Both the position numbers and the translations under genes were made by a program. The notes under the pieces were generated by a model. It was not told where the DNA came from and did no database searches. It was given only the letters and a program-made list of their open reading frames with translations. Positions 52,485 to 60,761 of a stretch of DNA of 64,000 nt are shown in pieces (positions within the stretch are counted from its first letter, which is position 1; the number at the start of each line of letters is the position of its first letter). The DNA comes from a virus. Lineage: Duplodnaviria > Heunggongvirae > Uroviricota > Caudoviricetes. Where the stretch lies: IMG/VR virus record IMGVR_UViG_2585427757_000006. One strand, 5' to 3'.

Positions 52485-54593
52485 TCACTTTAAAATGATA
52501 CGAGATAGTTCAGTAACTACAGATGAACCAAGACTATCAACGCTCGTTACCAGGGCATGATTTGAGTAAAATCTCTCCGGTGCGTCAGTCATGATGCCAA
52601 TTGCCATCAAATCAATATCAGTCTGCGTTTCAATTTGCTTCGCAACTGAACGCAAATGAGCGTCAAAACCTCTCCCAACAGCCCACGGCGCGCCATCACT
52701 CAGAACAAGCATGATCTTCCTGTCCTCCATGCGACCGGAAAATAACGATGCAAGGCTGGCTATGCTTTCACCATCCACGTTATTAAGAAGTGGGAATGTG
52801 TAGCCTACGCACCCCATACGTGAGCGAACTTCGCGAGAATTTACCTTTTCATTCCAATTTTTGATGATAGGTAGCATTAAAGATTCAAAGCGAGAGAACT
52901 CATACTTGACAGCCTTAAGTTCTCCTGCCGCCATATGACTACCAAATGTAGTGAAGCCGGTGATAATGTTGGGAACATTTATTCGATCAAGGGCATCGGC
53001 GATGGTATATGCACTTGCAAGAGCCAGTTTAATCGTTATACCACTCATTGAACCTGATAAATCAATCACTTGTTGAACACAGGCGTTAACGGCTTTAGAT
53101 TCTTCTTTTTTACGAAACACGCGAGCATCATTCATTGCTAATCTGTAGATACTAGAACCATGAATGCGCCCCCGACGCTGGCCCGGTATAAACTGAACTC
53201 TGTTTCTGCTTGCTATTGCTCGCTCCAGGTCTTTTGCCAGCGTCGACGAAACACCTGACGAAAGATGCTTTTCAATATATTTGTCGAAGAGCTGGTTGCC
53301 TTCAGGAACGATGCGATAGCGGCTGATTGGATATCCTCCCAAATCAATATCGGAGAATGTTTTAATAAGCCGTTTGATATGGGCTTCTGCCTGATCAATG
53401 GAGCCGATGAAGTCGTATGAGCGATTGTATGGCCTGTATTCGCTTTTCGAGCTTTCTGTTAACTCGCTTTTAATCGTTTCGGATAGCGCATCTTCTGTCA
53501 TGCCTCCGACTTCATCTTCCATGCTATCCAACTCCTCTAAAGCCTCTTCCAGACTCATTTTTGACGGAGTTGGGATATCTGAAGAGCCGTCTTCTGTCGT
53601 TTTTCTTTTTTCGTGGTCAGCGGTTAATGATTCTGACGCCGCGTTATCAGAAGCATCAGAATCTGATACCTCTTTATCATTTTCTGTATCATCGAATATT
53701 GTTTCTGATGATTCAGAATTATCTGAATCATCACTGTCGTTATTATCATGTTTGTGCTTACTATGTGATTCTGATTTGATAGATTTGTGGTTATCTAACA
53801 CTGAGGGTGTCTCATGATCTTCGTTGTCTTCACTGTTTTCTCCAGAGGCATCCGTCTGGTCAGCGTCTGAAGGATCGGAAGTTTTTCCCGGAGCTGACTC
53901 CTTACCTTTGCTTTCACTTTCAGTGTCTTTGAGGATCTTAGCTATGGTCGCAGCCACCTTTACACAATCCTCGGTGCAAGACATGTTACGCACGGCCACA
54001 TCGATACCATGTTCTTTTAATAATGAAATTGGTTTCTCAATGACAGGCCAATATTCATCCATGAAATCTACGAACGGTGCTTGGCCATCCCAGGCTCTTA
54101 CAACCGGACAGAGAAAGAAGTTTAGAAAAAGCGCGCGCTGATCTTTGCCACAATAAGCAATAGCCTCTGAAGCCTTTGGTTTAAAGACTTTTTCGATTAT
54201 AAGGCGCTGAGTTGCCATCAGATTACGTCTTGTTCCGTTAAAGACCTGACCCATTTTTCGCTCGATGAACACGTCTTCTAAGGCATTCCATAGCGACCAG
54301 GAAGGAACGCGTCCTTTTTCTCTCATTTTGTTGGACACACGAATATCGGTAAACAAAATGTGAGCAACCTCATGATCGAGAAATCCGCGCACAGCATTCA
54401 TCAATGCCGGTGTTGCGTTATCCGGGATTGATGGGATGTTTACGAGAATTGGCTCTCCATCATCGTTATAGCGTACATAAGCGTCGTCCCCTCGTTCTGC
54501 AACAGGGATGTTTTTACCTGAAAGGAGAGCGACTACTCGTTTTACACTGTCACGGAAGTCCTGAACCTCTTTGATGGAACGTTTTTTAGACAT
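52485..54593 (-). CDS. CobT-like protein with a C-terminal vWA domain and a long acidic linker (702 aa)
   Basis: MIDAS motif VIDLSGSMSG. Central ~120 aa is D/E/S-rich (DSDDSDNSESSETIFDDTENDKEVSDSDASD). Confidence 0.8.
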   Translation of the reverse strand: MSKKRSIKEVQDFRDSVKRVVALLSGKNIPVAERGDDAYVRYNDDGEPILVNIPSIPDNATPALMNAVRGFLDHEVAHILFTDIRVSNKMREKGRVPSWSLWNALEDVFIERKMGQVFNGTRRNLMATQRLIIEKVFKPKASEAIAYCGKDQRALFLNFFLCPVVRAWDGQAPFVDFMDEYWPVIEKPISLLKEHGIDVAVRNMSCTEDCVKVAATIAKILKDTESESKGKESAPGKTSDPSDADQTDASGENSEDNEDHETPSVLDNHKSIKSESHSKHKHDNNDSDDSDNSESSETIFDDTENDKEVSDSDASDNAASESLTADHEKRKTTEDGSSDIPTPSKMSLEEALEELDSMEDEVGGMTEDALSETIKSELTESSKSEYRPYNRSYDFIGSIDQAEAHIKRLIKTFSDIDLGGYPISRYRIVPEGNQLFDKYIEKHLSSGVSSTLAKDLERAIASRNRVQFIPGQRRGRIHGSSIYRLAMNDARVFRKKEESKAVNACVQQVIDLSGSMSGITIKLALASAYTIADALDRINVPNIITGFTTFGSHMAAGELKAVKYEFSRFESLMLPIIKNWNEKVNSREVRSRMGCVGYTFPLLNNVDGESIASLASLFSGRMEDRKIMLVLSDGAPWAVGRGFDAHLRSVAKQIETQTDIDLMAIGIMTDAPERFYSNHALVTSVDSLGSSVVTELSRIILK

Positions 54594-54691
54594 GGCTAAT
54601 CCTTTGTTATGAAAACAAATTATTTACTAGTGTGTTTAATGTAGCACTGCGCGAACAGGGAACTAAGCCATTCGCGCAGGGAGAAGAGGGG

Positions 54692-54904
54692 TTAACAGAT
54701 TCTGACGGCTAAAGACCCGGAGCCGATATTGAGAAGCGTGAAGCGTTTGTTGTTAAGTTCGAATATAAAGCCAGTTGTGTCATTCACACCAACCTGAATC
54801 TGCTCATTCGGTAGATCGGTGAGGATGTCAGCTACACACTCATCAGCTAATTTCTGTACGTGTCCGATCTCAAGAGCGATTAGGCTGGAAATAGTGGTGT
54901 TCAT
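54692..54904 (-). CDS. Hypothetical protein (70 aa)
   Basis: ORF only. Confidence 0.4.
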   Translation of the reverse strand: MNTTISSLIALEIGHVQKLADECVADILTDLPNEQIQVGVNDTTGFIFELNNKRFTLLNIGSGSLAVRIC

Positions 54905-55154
54905 TCAATCAATCCATTCTAACTTATACTATGGTAAGGAATACTACTAAAATTTATATCAATACTGAATACATTCATATCATATGCAAGTTAATTTTCT
55001 TACCTGTTTTGGGCTAATTTTTCTCCGTGCAATGGCCTTTAACCGGTCTTTTAAGTGTCTATCGAAAAAATGATAATAGCTTTACAACCCTAACCTTTGA
55101 TGTAATATCGGTAAGCACTTACCAGAGAGAATTGAACGCGCAAAGGTTGTAACA

Positions 55155-55541
55155 ATGTCTGACAACAAGATTGAATTTATAGAAAGTCGCTATGCTGCTT
55201 TTATCGCAGGGCTGATTGAATCCTCACCTATGAGTCAGGCCCAAATAGCCAGACTTATTGGTTATAAAAATGCCAACAACCTTTCTTTAATTAAAAGTGG
55301 CAAAATTCCTTTGCCTATCGATAAGGTTCGTCCGTTGGCGCTGGCGCTGGGTATTGAGCCAAGTCGTCTTATGATGATGGTGCTGGAAGAACGCCAACCT
55401 GAACTCGCAGCATTTTTATACAAAGAAGGCACCGCTCCTCTTAACGAGGACGAAAAACAGGTTCTTGCTGCATATAACGAGCGATTCGGTAAAGAGAAAG
55501 GCGCATCACAAAAGGTTGTTGAGGCTATAAAGTCTCTATGA
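55155..55541 (+). CDS. XRE-type helix-turn-helix regulator (128 aa)
   Basis: MSQAQIARLIGYKNANNLSLIKSG fits an HTH. Converges on and overlaps the integrase gene end by 6 nt. Confidence 0.7.
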   Translation: MSDNKIEFIESRYAAFIAGLIESSPMSQAQIARLIGYKNANNLSLIKSGKIPLPIDKVRPLALALGIEPSRLMMMVLEERQPELAAFLYKEGTAPLNEDEKQVLAAYNERFGKEKGASQKVVEAIKSL

Positions 55542-56639
55542 AAAATTTACACGAATAAGCTCTGTTGATAGACGATCTCCCTTAAATTTGTGGTCAATTT
55601 CGTCTAAATCCGGTTGCTCTACGATTGATGCGATGTACGTCGAGAAACTTTCTAAGGCGTCTCGCATCTCGTCCATATAATCGTGCCGGTCGTAGACCCG
55701 ATCTATCCCCTCAAGACTGTGGTTCATGATTTTACGTGATACCTCCTGGCTTATGCCTAATGCTGGGAAGTAACTACGCGCAGTACGGCGCAAATCTCGG
55801 GGTGTAAATGGCTCAAGCTCCATCAGTTCTGGTCGTTCCAGAATACGACGTAATGCCTGGGCTATTGCCACTTTAGACATAGGAAGGTCTTTCCCGATTT
55901 TTTTATTCGAAGGCACGAGCCACTGGCTGTCTTTACCATATTCGAACAACTCTTCAATACAAGTGCGCATTAATGAGCTTAAAGGCAGAGAATGCTCACG
56001 GGCAGATTTGTTCCTCTTGCCTTGATTCCAAACCCCACGCTTAAGATTGAACTCACTTTTTTTAGCCCGCAGTACTTCGTCAGGTCGTCTTGCGGATACA
56101 AGACATAGCCTGGCCGCCCATTTTGTACCAGCACACACATTGAAGTAGTCCCATATATTCCAGAACACCCATACCTCTGCGTCGGTCAGCTTCCGCTCGC
56201 GAGGTGTGGGCTTTGCGCCACCGGCAACTTTGTTTAGTGACATATCGTTTAACGGTGACACGTCTATCATCCCCTGGAAGGCGCACCAGCTAAGGAACTG
56301 CTTCATCAGAGAGAAAACGCGGCGGCCCATAACAATTTTGCCATCCAGTATTAGTGGGTTGACCAGTTGGTTCACCATGAACCTATTAATGTCACTTACT
56401 TTTACATCGGCAATGTGCGGCAAAACATGTATCAAAATACAATGAACAGCGATCTCTGGCCGACGTCTGGTTATCAGCAGAGATAAGCGAGTGAATAACA
56501 TGAATGCGTCCGAGAATCTCATGTCATTGCTGACCTGGGAGATCATAACGGCCTGCATTTGAGATGCTCTTTCGAGATACTCTATCGCCTCTTTTGAGGT
56601 GTTCTCCGCAGCGCGTGCTCTGTCAAAGCTATTTTTCAT
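55536..56639 (-). CDS. Tyrosine recombinase / phage integrase family (367 aa)
   Basis: Catalytic context ARRPDEV (Arg), PRDLRRTA (second Arg), MNHS (His) and VYDRHDY (Tyr). Confidence 0.9.
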   Translation of the reverse strand: MKNSFDRARAAENTSKEAIEYLERASQMQAVMISQVSNDMRFSDAFMLFTRLSLLITRRRPEIAVHCILIHVLPHIADVKVSDINRFMVNQLVNPLILDGKIVMGRRVFSLMKQFLSWCAFQGMIDVSPLNDMSLNKVAGGAKPTPRERKLTDAEVWVFWNIWDYFNVCAGTKWAARLCLVSARRPDEVLRAKKSEFNLKRGVWNQGKRNKSAREHSLPLSSLMRTCIEELFEYGKDSQWLVPSNKKIGKDLPMSKVAIAQALRRILERPELMELEPFTPRDLRRTARSYFPALGISQEVSRKIMNHSLEGIDRVYDRHDYMDEMRDALESFSTYIASIVEQPDLDEIDHKFKGDRLSTELIRVNFS

Positions 56640-56737
56640 ATGACAATCACCGAGTTACGCCGATTCACTGTATAAGTAAACAGTATATTAGGCATAGATT
56701 CTTATAGGATCAAGAGTAAAAGTAACTCATTTTCAGT

Positions 56738-56770
56738 AATGATTCCATACATAGTAGGTATGGAATCATT
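56738..56770. promoter_or_regulatory. lox/FRT-like site: perfect 13-bp inverted arms around a 7-bp spacer
   Basis: aatgattccatac atagtag gtatggaatcatt, 99 nt upstream of the integrase ATG in the divergent intergenic region. Confidence 0.55.
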
Positions 56771-56889
56771 GTGGGCCTTTTTTATAAAATCTGTGATTCT
56801 TCTCAGGATAAATTATCTAAACTAAAAATTGTGTTTTGTGTTGGCATCTGCTTGAATAGACGCATGTTTATTCAGATATGGAATAATCA

Positions 56890-57426
56890 GTGAACAACCA
56901 AATTCATTGGGACTACCCATTCTCAGAAGAATTCGGCAGTGGGATGGTACACAGACAATTCACTGTGGGAAGCACTATTTATGCCGTTGGGTTTGAACAA
57001 ATATTGACGATGGATGATTTCACACGTAAGGGAGTTGATATCCTAAATGTACATCCAACATTCCGGTTTCCTCTGAGTGGTGTATGGGGAGTGATTTTTG
57101 ACGAAATTGACCCTGTAGAAATGGATTTCAAAGGATTTCGGCATATCCAACATCAAGGCTTGGCAGGTGGTCAAGTGCTTTTGAATGTTGCAAGTATAAT
57201 CTTTGACCATTATACTGTTTGTAACGCAGGAGCTTATGTCTTCTCCGCCGCAGACGACCATCAGCATTTACGCAGAACTGACTTGGTTGACATTTACTGT
57301 AAGATACTAGGTCTAAATGGAAAACGTAAAAGTAGATTGTTCGCCAATGGTTTTCCTGGATGGGAGGCATACTGTGATGTACCAACAGGAGGAAGAGGCT
57401 ATGTCGTCACGACTGAAAGTTATTAA
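56890..57426 (+). CDS. Hypothetical protein (178 aa, GTG start)
   Basis: Long plus-strand ORF. No motif recognised. Confidence 0.5.
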   Translation: MNNQIHWDYPFSEEFGSGMVHRQFTVGSTIYAVGFEQILTMDDFTRKGVDILNVHPTFRFPLSGVWGVIFDEIDPVEMDFKGFRHIQHQGLAGGQVLLNVASIIFDHYTVCNAGAYVFSAADDHQHLRRTDLVDIYCKILGLNGKRKSRLFANGFPGWEAYCDVPTGGRGYVVTTESY

Positions 57427-57628
57427 TTATTACCCCACCTCTGCAGAACGTTTGAGCCTTGAAATGGGCGAAAGACTACAGAAAGCTGCTGGTCAGGATT
57501 TAAAGAACAAGTTGGGTTCAGGGGAAATTAAACTGATTAACGGTAAATATGTAGGTGAAAGCCTGAAAGTTAATAGCACCTCTATGCTAAAAGCGCGGTT
57601 GCGTAAAGCGTATATCCCCGCTAAATGA
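57401..57628 (+). CDS. Hypothetical protein (75 aa from MSSRLKVINYY)
   Basis: ATG at 57401 preceded by ggaggaagagg. Overlaps the upstream ORF by 26 nt. A terminator follows. Confidence 0.4.
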   Translation: MSSRLKVINYYPTSAERLSLEMGERLQKAAGQDLKNKLGSGEIKLINGKYVGESLKVNSTSMLKARLRKAYIPAK

Positions 57629-57650
57629 AAAGGCCTATATGGGCCTTTTC
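57627..57650. terminator. Bidirectional terminator between convergent genes
   Basis: gaaaaggcc tatatg ggccttttc. Confidence 0.7.
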
Positions 57651-57654
57651 ATTT

Positions 57655-57900
57655 TTATAGTGTACTCACCAGCGCCGCAAATTCCGTATACCCCCCAATA
57701 TGCTCTCCATGTATGAATATCTGAGGTATGGTATCCACTGGTTTACCAACCAGGTTGCTCAACGTTTCTTTGTTGATCCCCGCAGATGTAATATCTATAT
57801 ACTCATAATCACCGTAGCCATGTCCCTTTAGTTGCTTCGCCAACTCGACCGCACGTTTGCAGTATGAGCAGTTATCTCGTCCGTAGATAGTGATCGTCAT
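57655..57900 (-). CDS. Glutaredoxin-like redoxin (81 aa)
   Basis: Active site CSYC at residues 11-14, a TIPQIFI..G..IGG motif, and small size. Plausible electron donor for NrdAB. Confidence 0.8.
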   Translation of the reverse strand: MTITIYGRDNCSYCKRAVELAKQLKGHGYGDYEYIDITSAGINKETLSNLVGKPVDTIPQIFIHGEHIGGYTEFAALVSTL

Positions 57901-58073
57901 AACTTAACAAATACCTTTATAAATATTGATTCGAACATATCAGACTATACTACAAACAGATTTTTTTGATAAGTATGTAGTAACTTATTGATTGACTAGT
58001 AAACAATTGAAGTGATTACGACAATAGATTACAGTAAGGATTGCCTTGAAATGTACATTTTATAGAGGTTTTA

Positions 58074-58982
58074 ATGATTGGTAAGTTGTCTGATTCTTTG
58101 ATTGAAAATAAATACAACGAATTTAGAGAAGAAATATCTTTACTTTTTGACTATTTAAATCAGATAAATGATACAACAAAGAAAAATATAAAACGTCTTC
58201 TTAAAGAAGTGGAGTATGCACAAAATCCAGATACTATTATTAATATTAATGAAACTATTAAGATTAAGTGTGGCACAACGTTAGCTCGCCATTTATGTTC
58301 AAACCCATATACAGGTTCAACATTAGAGATAGGTAACAGCGCCATTGATTTAGAAGAAAAGATAAGATTGTGTAATACTTTGAAAAATAAACAATATCAG
58401 TGGGTTATTACTGAAGCCTATGAGTTACTGGAAGACTATATTGAGGCAATATATGTCTATACTGTATGTGTTCGAAATGATTTATGGTCCTCAAGTGATT
58501 TTGGTAAGGTTGAAGATGATGAAATTGGGAAAAGGGAAGTTTATTACAGATTATTAAAAGCAAAAAGTAACCCATCGAAAAAAATAACTAAAATTTTCAG
58601 AAATAAAATACCTGGCTTCAAAGAGATAGAAACAAACAACAAGATTGGCAAAAACTATCGCTTTAACATCAAGCTAATTGAACTACTAAGACATACAATA
58701 GTACACAATAGTGGACGATTCAATGATACAGAAAAATTTATAAATAAGGTTTTAGATGAATCTGAAATAAACGGTAAGAAAAGAGTTATTGGAGAAAGAG
58801 CTGTTAGAAGTTACATTACTAAAGTGCAAGAAGATGATATTGTGATGCTCTTAGAAAGACCATCTGAAATTTTAGGTTCTTTTGGTGGGTATTTTAACAG
58901 AGCAAAATTTTTACTAAGTGATATTTTAGAATACTCACTAATCATTAAAGAAGAACTAAAATCATATCTAGGCAATCATTAA
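58074..58982 (+). CDS. Low-GC hypothetical protein with a HEPN-type Rx4H motif (302 aa)
   Basis: SD agagg at 58064-58068. LIELLRHTIVHNSGRF gives R-HTIV-H. Composition (by eye below ~30% GC) is much lower than the neighbours. Confidence 0.6.
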   Translation: MIGKLSDSLIENKYNEFREEISLLFDYLNQINDTTKKNIKRLLKEVEYAQNPDTIININETIKIKCGTTLARHLCSNPYTGSTLEIGNSAIDLEEKIRLCNTLKNKQYQWVITEAYELLEDYIEAIYVYTVCVRNDLWSSSDFGKVEDDEIGKREVYYRLLKAKSNPSKKITKIFRNKIPGFKEIETNNKIGKNYRFNIKLIELLRHTIVHNSGRFNDTEKFINKVLDESEINGKKRVIGERAVRSYITKVQEDDIVMLLERPSEILGSFGGYFNRAKFLLSDILEYSLIIKEELKSYLGNH

Positions 58983-58986
58983 CAAA

Positions 58987-59013
58987 AAAGGGGCCGAAGC
59001 CCCTTTGGATTTT
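58987..59013 (+). terminator. Strong intrinsic terminator after the HEPN-motif gene
   Basis: aaaggggc cgaa gccccttt, then ggatttt. Confidence 0.8.
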
Positions 59014-59080
59014 GCGCTTAAAAAAGTGTTGCTAGGATGTTAGCAAGCTATGGTTAAGAACGTCTGCCGTAATTGTCTAT

Positions 59081-59158
59081 CACAGCGTTGAGCGGTCTGG
59101 TTTATGTTAGCGGAGTCTTAATCTGGGTGATTAAAAGGCCAAACCGCTCAACGCTGTG
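59081..59158. repeat. Long hairpin A, 16-bp perfect arms, abutting the tRNA-Ser 3' end
   Basis: cacagcgttgagcggt 59081-59096 pairs with accgctcaacgctgtg 59143-59158. Confidence 0.85.
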
Positions 59159-59160
59159 TC

Positions 59161-59247
59161 TGGCGGAGAGTAATGGAATCGAACCATCATCGCTTGCGCA
59201 ATGGGACGGTTTTCAAGACCGCTTGAGCACCATGCTCCCTACTCTCC
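59161..59247 (-). tRNA. tRNA-Ser (anticodon UGA), class II, CCA encoded
   Basis: Hand fold: acceptor ggagagt/actctcc, anticodon arm gcggt-cttgaaa-accgt, variable arm with a gcaa tetraloop, T arm gatgg-ttcgatt-ccatt. Confidence 0.85.
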
Positions 59248-59249
59248 GG

Positions 59250-59399
59250 CCGTTGTGGTGGCCGGTACTGAATCTCCGGCATACGGTGCAGCCAATTAGG
59301 ACTACGGACGATCACCGCTCGCGAAAGGGAAGATTTGCGGCCGCATTTCCCTAACATCCAAGAAAGCTATCGCATCAGTCTGCGAATCCACCACAACGG
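59250..59399. other. 150-nt segment closed by a 12-bp perfect stem between tRNA-Ser and tRNA-Thr (candidate small RNA)
   Basis: ccgttgtggtgg 59250-59261 pairs with ccaccacaacgg 59388-59399. Internal hairpin agggaa..gcggccgc..ttccct. Confidence 0.3.
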
Positions 59400-59471
59400 T
59401 AAGATCACTACCTTTCGACCAGTCATTGTGCACATGAACGACGATTAACCGTAATGATCTTATCGTTGTAT

Positions 59472-59547
59472 TGGTGCCGGTTAGCGGACTCGAACCGCTG
59501 ACATCCTGCTTACAAGGCAGGCGCTCTACCAACTGAGCTAAACCGGC
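59472..59547 (-). tRNA. tRNA-Thr (anticodon UGU), CCA encoded
   Basis: Canonical cloverleaf: gccggtt ta gctc agttggta gagc g cctgc cttgtaa gcagg atgtc agcgg ttcgagt ccgct aaccggc a cca. Confidence 0.92.
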
Positions 59548-59551
59548 AATT

Positions 59552-59638
59552 TGGTGGGGAGTGATGGAGTCGAACCACCCGAGTCGCAATGACAGTAGAT
59601 TTACAGTCTACCCCGCTGCCCCTACGGACTAACTCCCC
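59552..59638 (-). tRNA. tRNA-Tyr (anticodon GUA), class II, CCA encoded
   Basis: Acceptor ggggagt/actcccc, anticodon arm gtaga-ctgtaaa-tctac, variable stem gtc/gac, T arm ggtgg-ttcgact-ccatc. The D arm is slightly non-canonical. Confidence 0.8.
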
Positions 59639-59643
59639 TAAAT

Positions 59644-59718
59644 TGGCGATGGTGGGTGGATTCGAACCACCGACCAGTTGGTTAACAGCCAACTGCTCTA
59701 CCGCTGAGCTACACCATC
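59644..59718 (-). tRNA. tRNA-Asn (anticodon GUU), CCA encoded
   Basis: Canonical cloverleaf: gatggtg ta gctc agcggta gagc a gttgg ctgttaa ccaac tggtc ggtgg ttcgaat ccacc caccatc g cca. Confidence 0.92.
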
Positions 59719-59984
59719 AATTCAGCACTGCCAGTATTTATTACTCAACAGTGCCAATCGCGACGGTTTAGTTTCTGCCAGGAAACGCACCGCTACTTGC
59801 ACTTTTCGTTTGTGCCAGACGCTTTCGACTTCGCTCAATAGTAGAAGGCAAAATCTTTAAGTAGATGATGTTTCTGAGGACAGCACCTACTTTGTAATTT
59901 ATACAATGTGATGTATGGAATCATTTGTTGTGAAAACAGGCACCAATGGCAACAGTGGTTAAACCTACACAACAATCCTGTCTT

Positions 59985-60106
59985 CACAACGTTGAGGCCA
60001 CTACTCCGATTGAATGTTTGCCCAACATGTTACATATCAACGCTCGCCGGTATCTCTGTGAATAGAACCTTAGAATTGATAAAAATGTAATGGCCTCAAC
60101 GTTGTG
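59985..60106. repeat. Long hairpin B, 16-bp perfect arms related to hairpin A
   Basis: cacaacgttgaggcca 59985-60000 pairs with tggcctcaacgttgtg 60091-60106; 90-nt loop. Confidence 0.85.
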
Positions 60107-60439
60107 TGCTGGCTAACCATACCAGCCGGGCTACGTCGCCGCTTTTTAACCCAGTATAAACGACATAATTGAACAAAATGACGTAACAGGATGGGCGGTC
60201 AGTGGCTAAGAATCCGGGAGTCATATGGAGTTGAAAATATACCAACCGCCCATTCTGTTCCCTCCTGCGTTCTGCAATCACACTCGCTCAGTGTGTCCCA
60301 TTTCGGTAACGAGGCTGGAAACTGACCTCGCTGGTGTTTGGCTTATTAGGCTACTGCCAGATAGACTTCTTCGTTTGCACTTGTATTTAAGTTCAAACAG
60401 TCGCGTCTCAACGAAAACAAAGTCATCTTATACATAAAA

Positions 60440-60461
60440 GATAAGTAAGTAAATACTTATC
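60440..60461. promoter_or_regulatory. Representative family B palindrome
   Basis: gataagta agtaaa tacttatc. Confidence 0.5.
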
Positions 60462-60470
60462 AATATGTTT

Positions 60471-60761
60471 TTATTCGGTTGTGACTTTTTTGATCAAGGC
60501 CACTCTACGACTAGGTGTTCTTGTAATGGTGGCAGTGAATCGTTTCGCTTGGATAGTAATGGTTTCGTTCTCCTTAAGTTGCCCGTAGCGAGTTTCCACC
60601 AGGGTGCCAAGACGCCACAGACCATCATCGATACGTTTATGACTAGCAAATTTAATCAGCAACAGTTTTACGACTAACTGACCTACGTAAAAGGCGAATG
60701 CGACTCCGGCCGCTAAGAAATAGGTGGCCAACCACCATTCCCAAGAAGTTAAATTGCTCAT
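60471..60761 (-). CDS. Membrane protein (96 aa)
   Basis: TM segment WWLATYFLAAGVAFAFYVGQLVV and SD aggtg. The ATG overlaps the upstream stop as ATGA. Confidence 0.6.
   Translation of the reverse strand: MSNLTSWEWWLATYFLAAGVAFAFYVGQLVVKLLLIKFASHKRIDDGLWRLGTLVETRYGQLKENETITIQAKRFTATITRTPSRRVALIKKVTTE

Noticed and set aside
54905-59160. Islet integrated into the 3' end of tRNA-Ser, with an att duplication expected
   Set aside because: I looked for a second copy of the tRNA-Ser 3' segment (tggcggagagtaatggaatcgaacc) near 54.9-55.2 kb and 58.98-59.16 kb and found none. The integrase is also 2.5 kb from the tRNA and separated from it by other genes.
59073-59771. ORFs 59073..59354(+), 59302..59589(-), 59510..59692(-) and 59589..59771(+)
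   Set aside because: All overlap hand-folded canonical tRNA genes or the stem-closed spacer. They are artefacts of GC-rich structured RNA genes.
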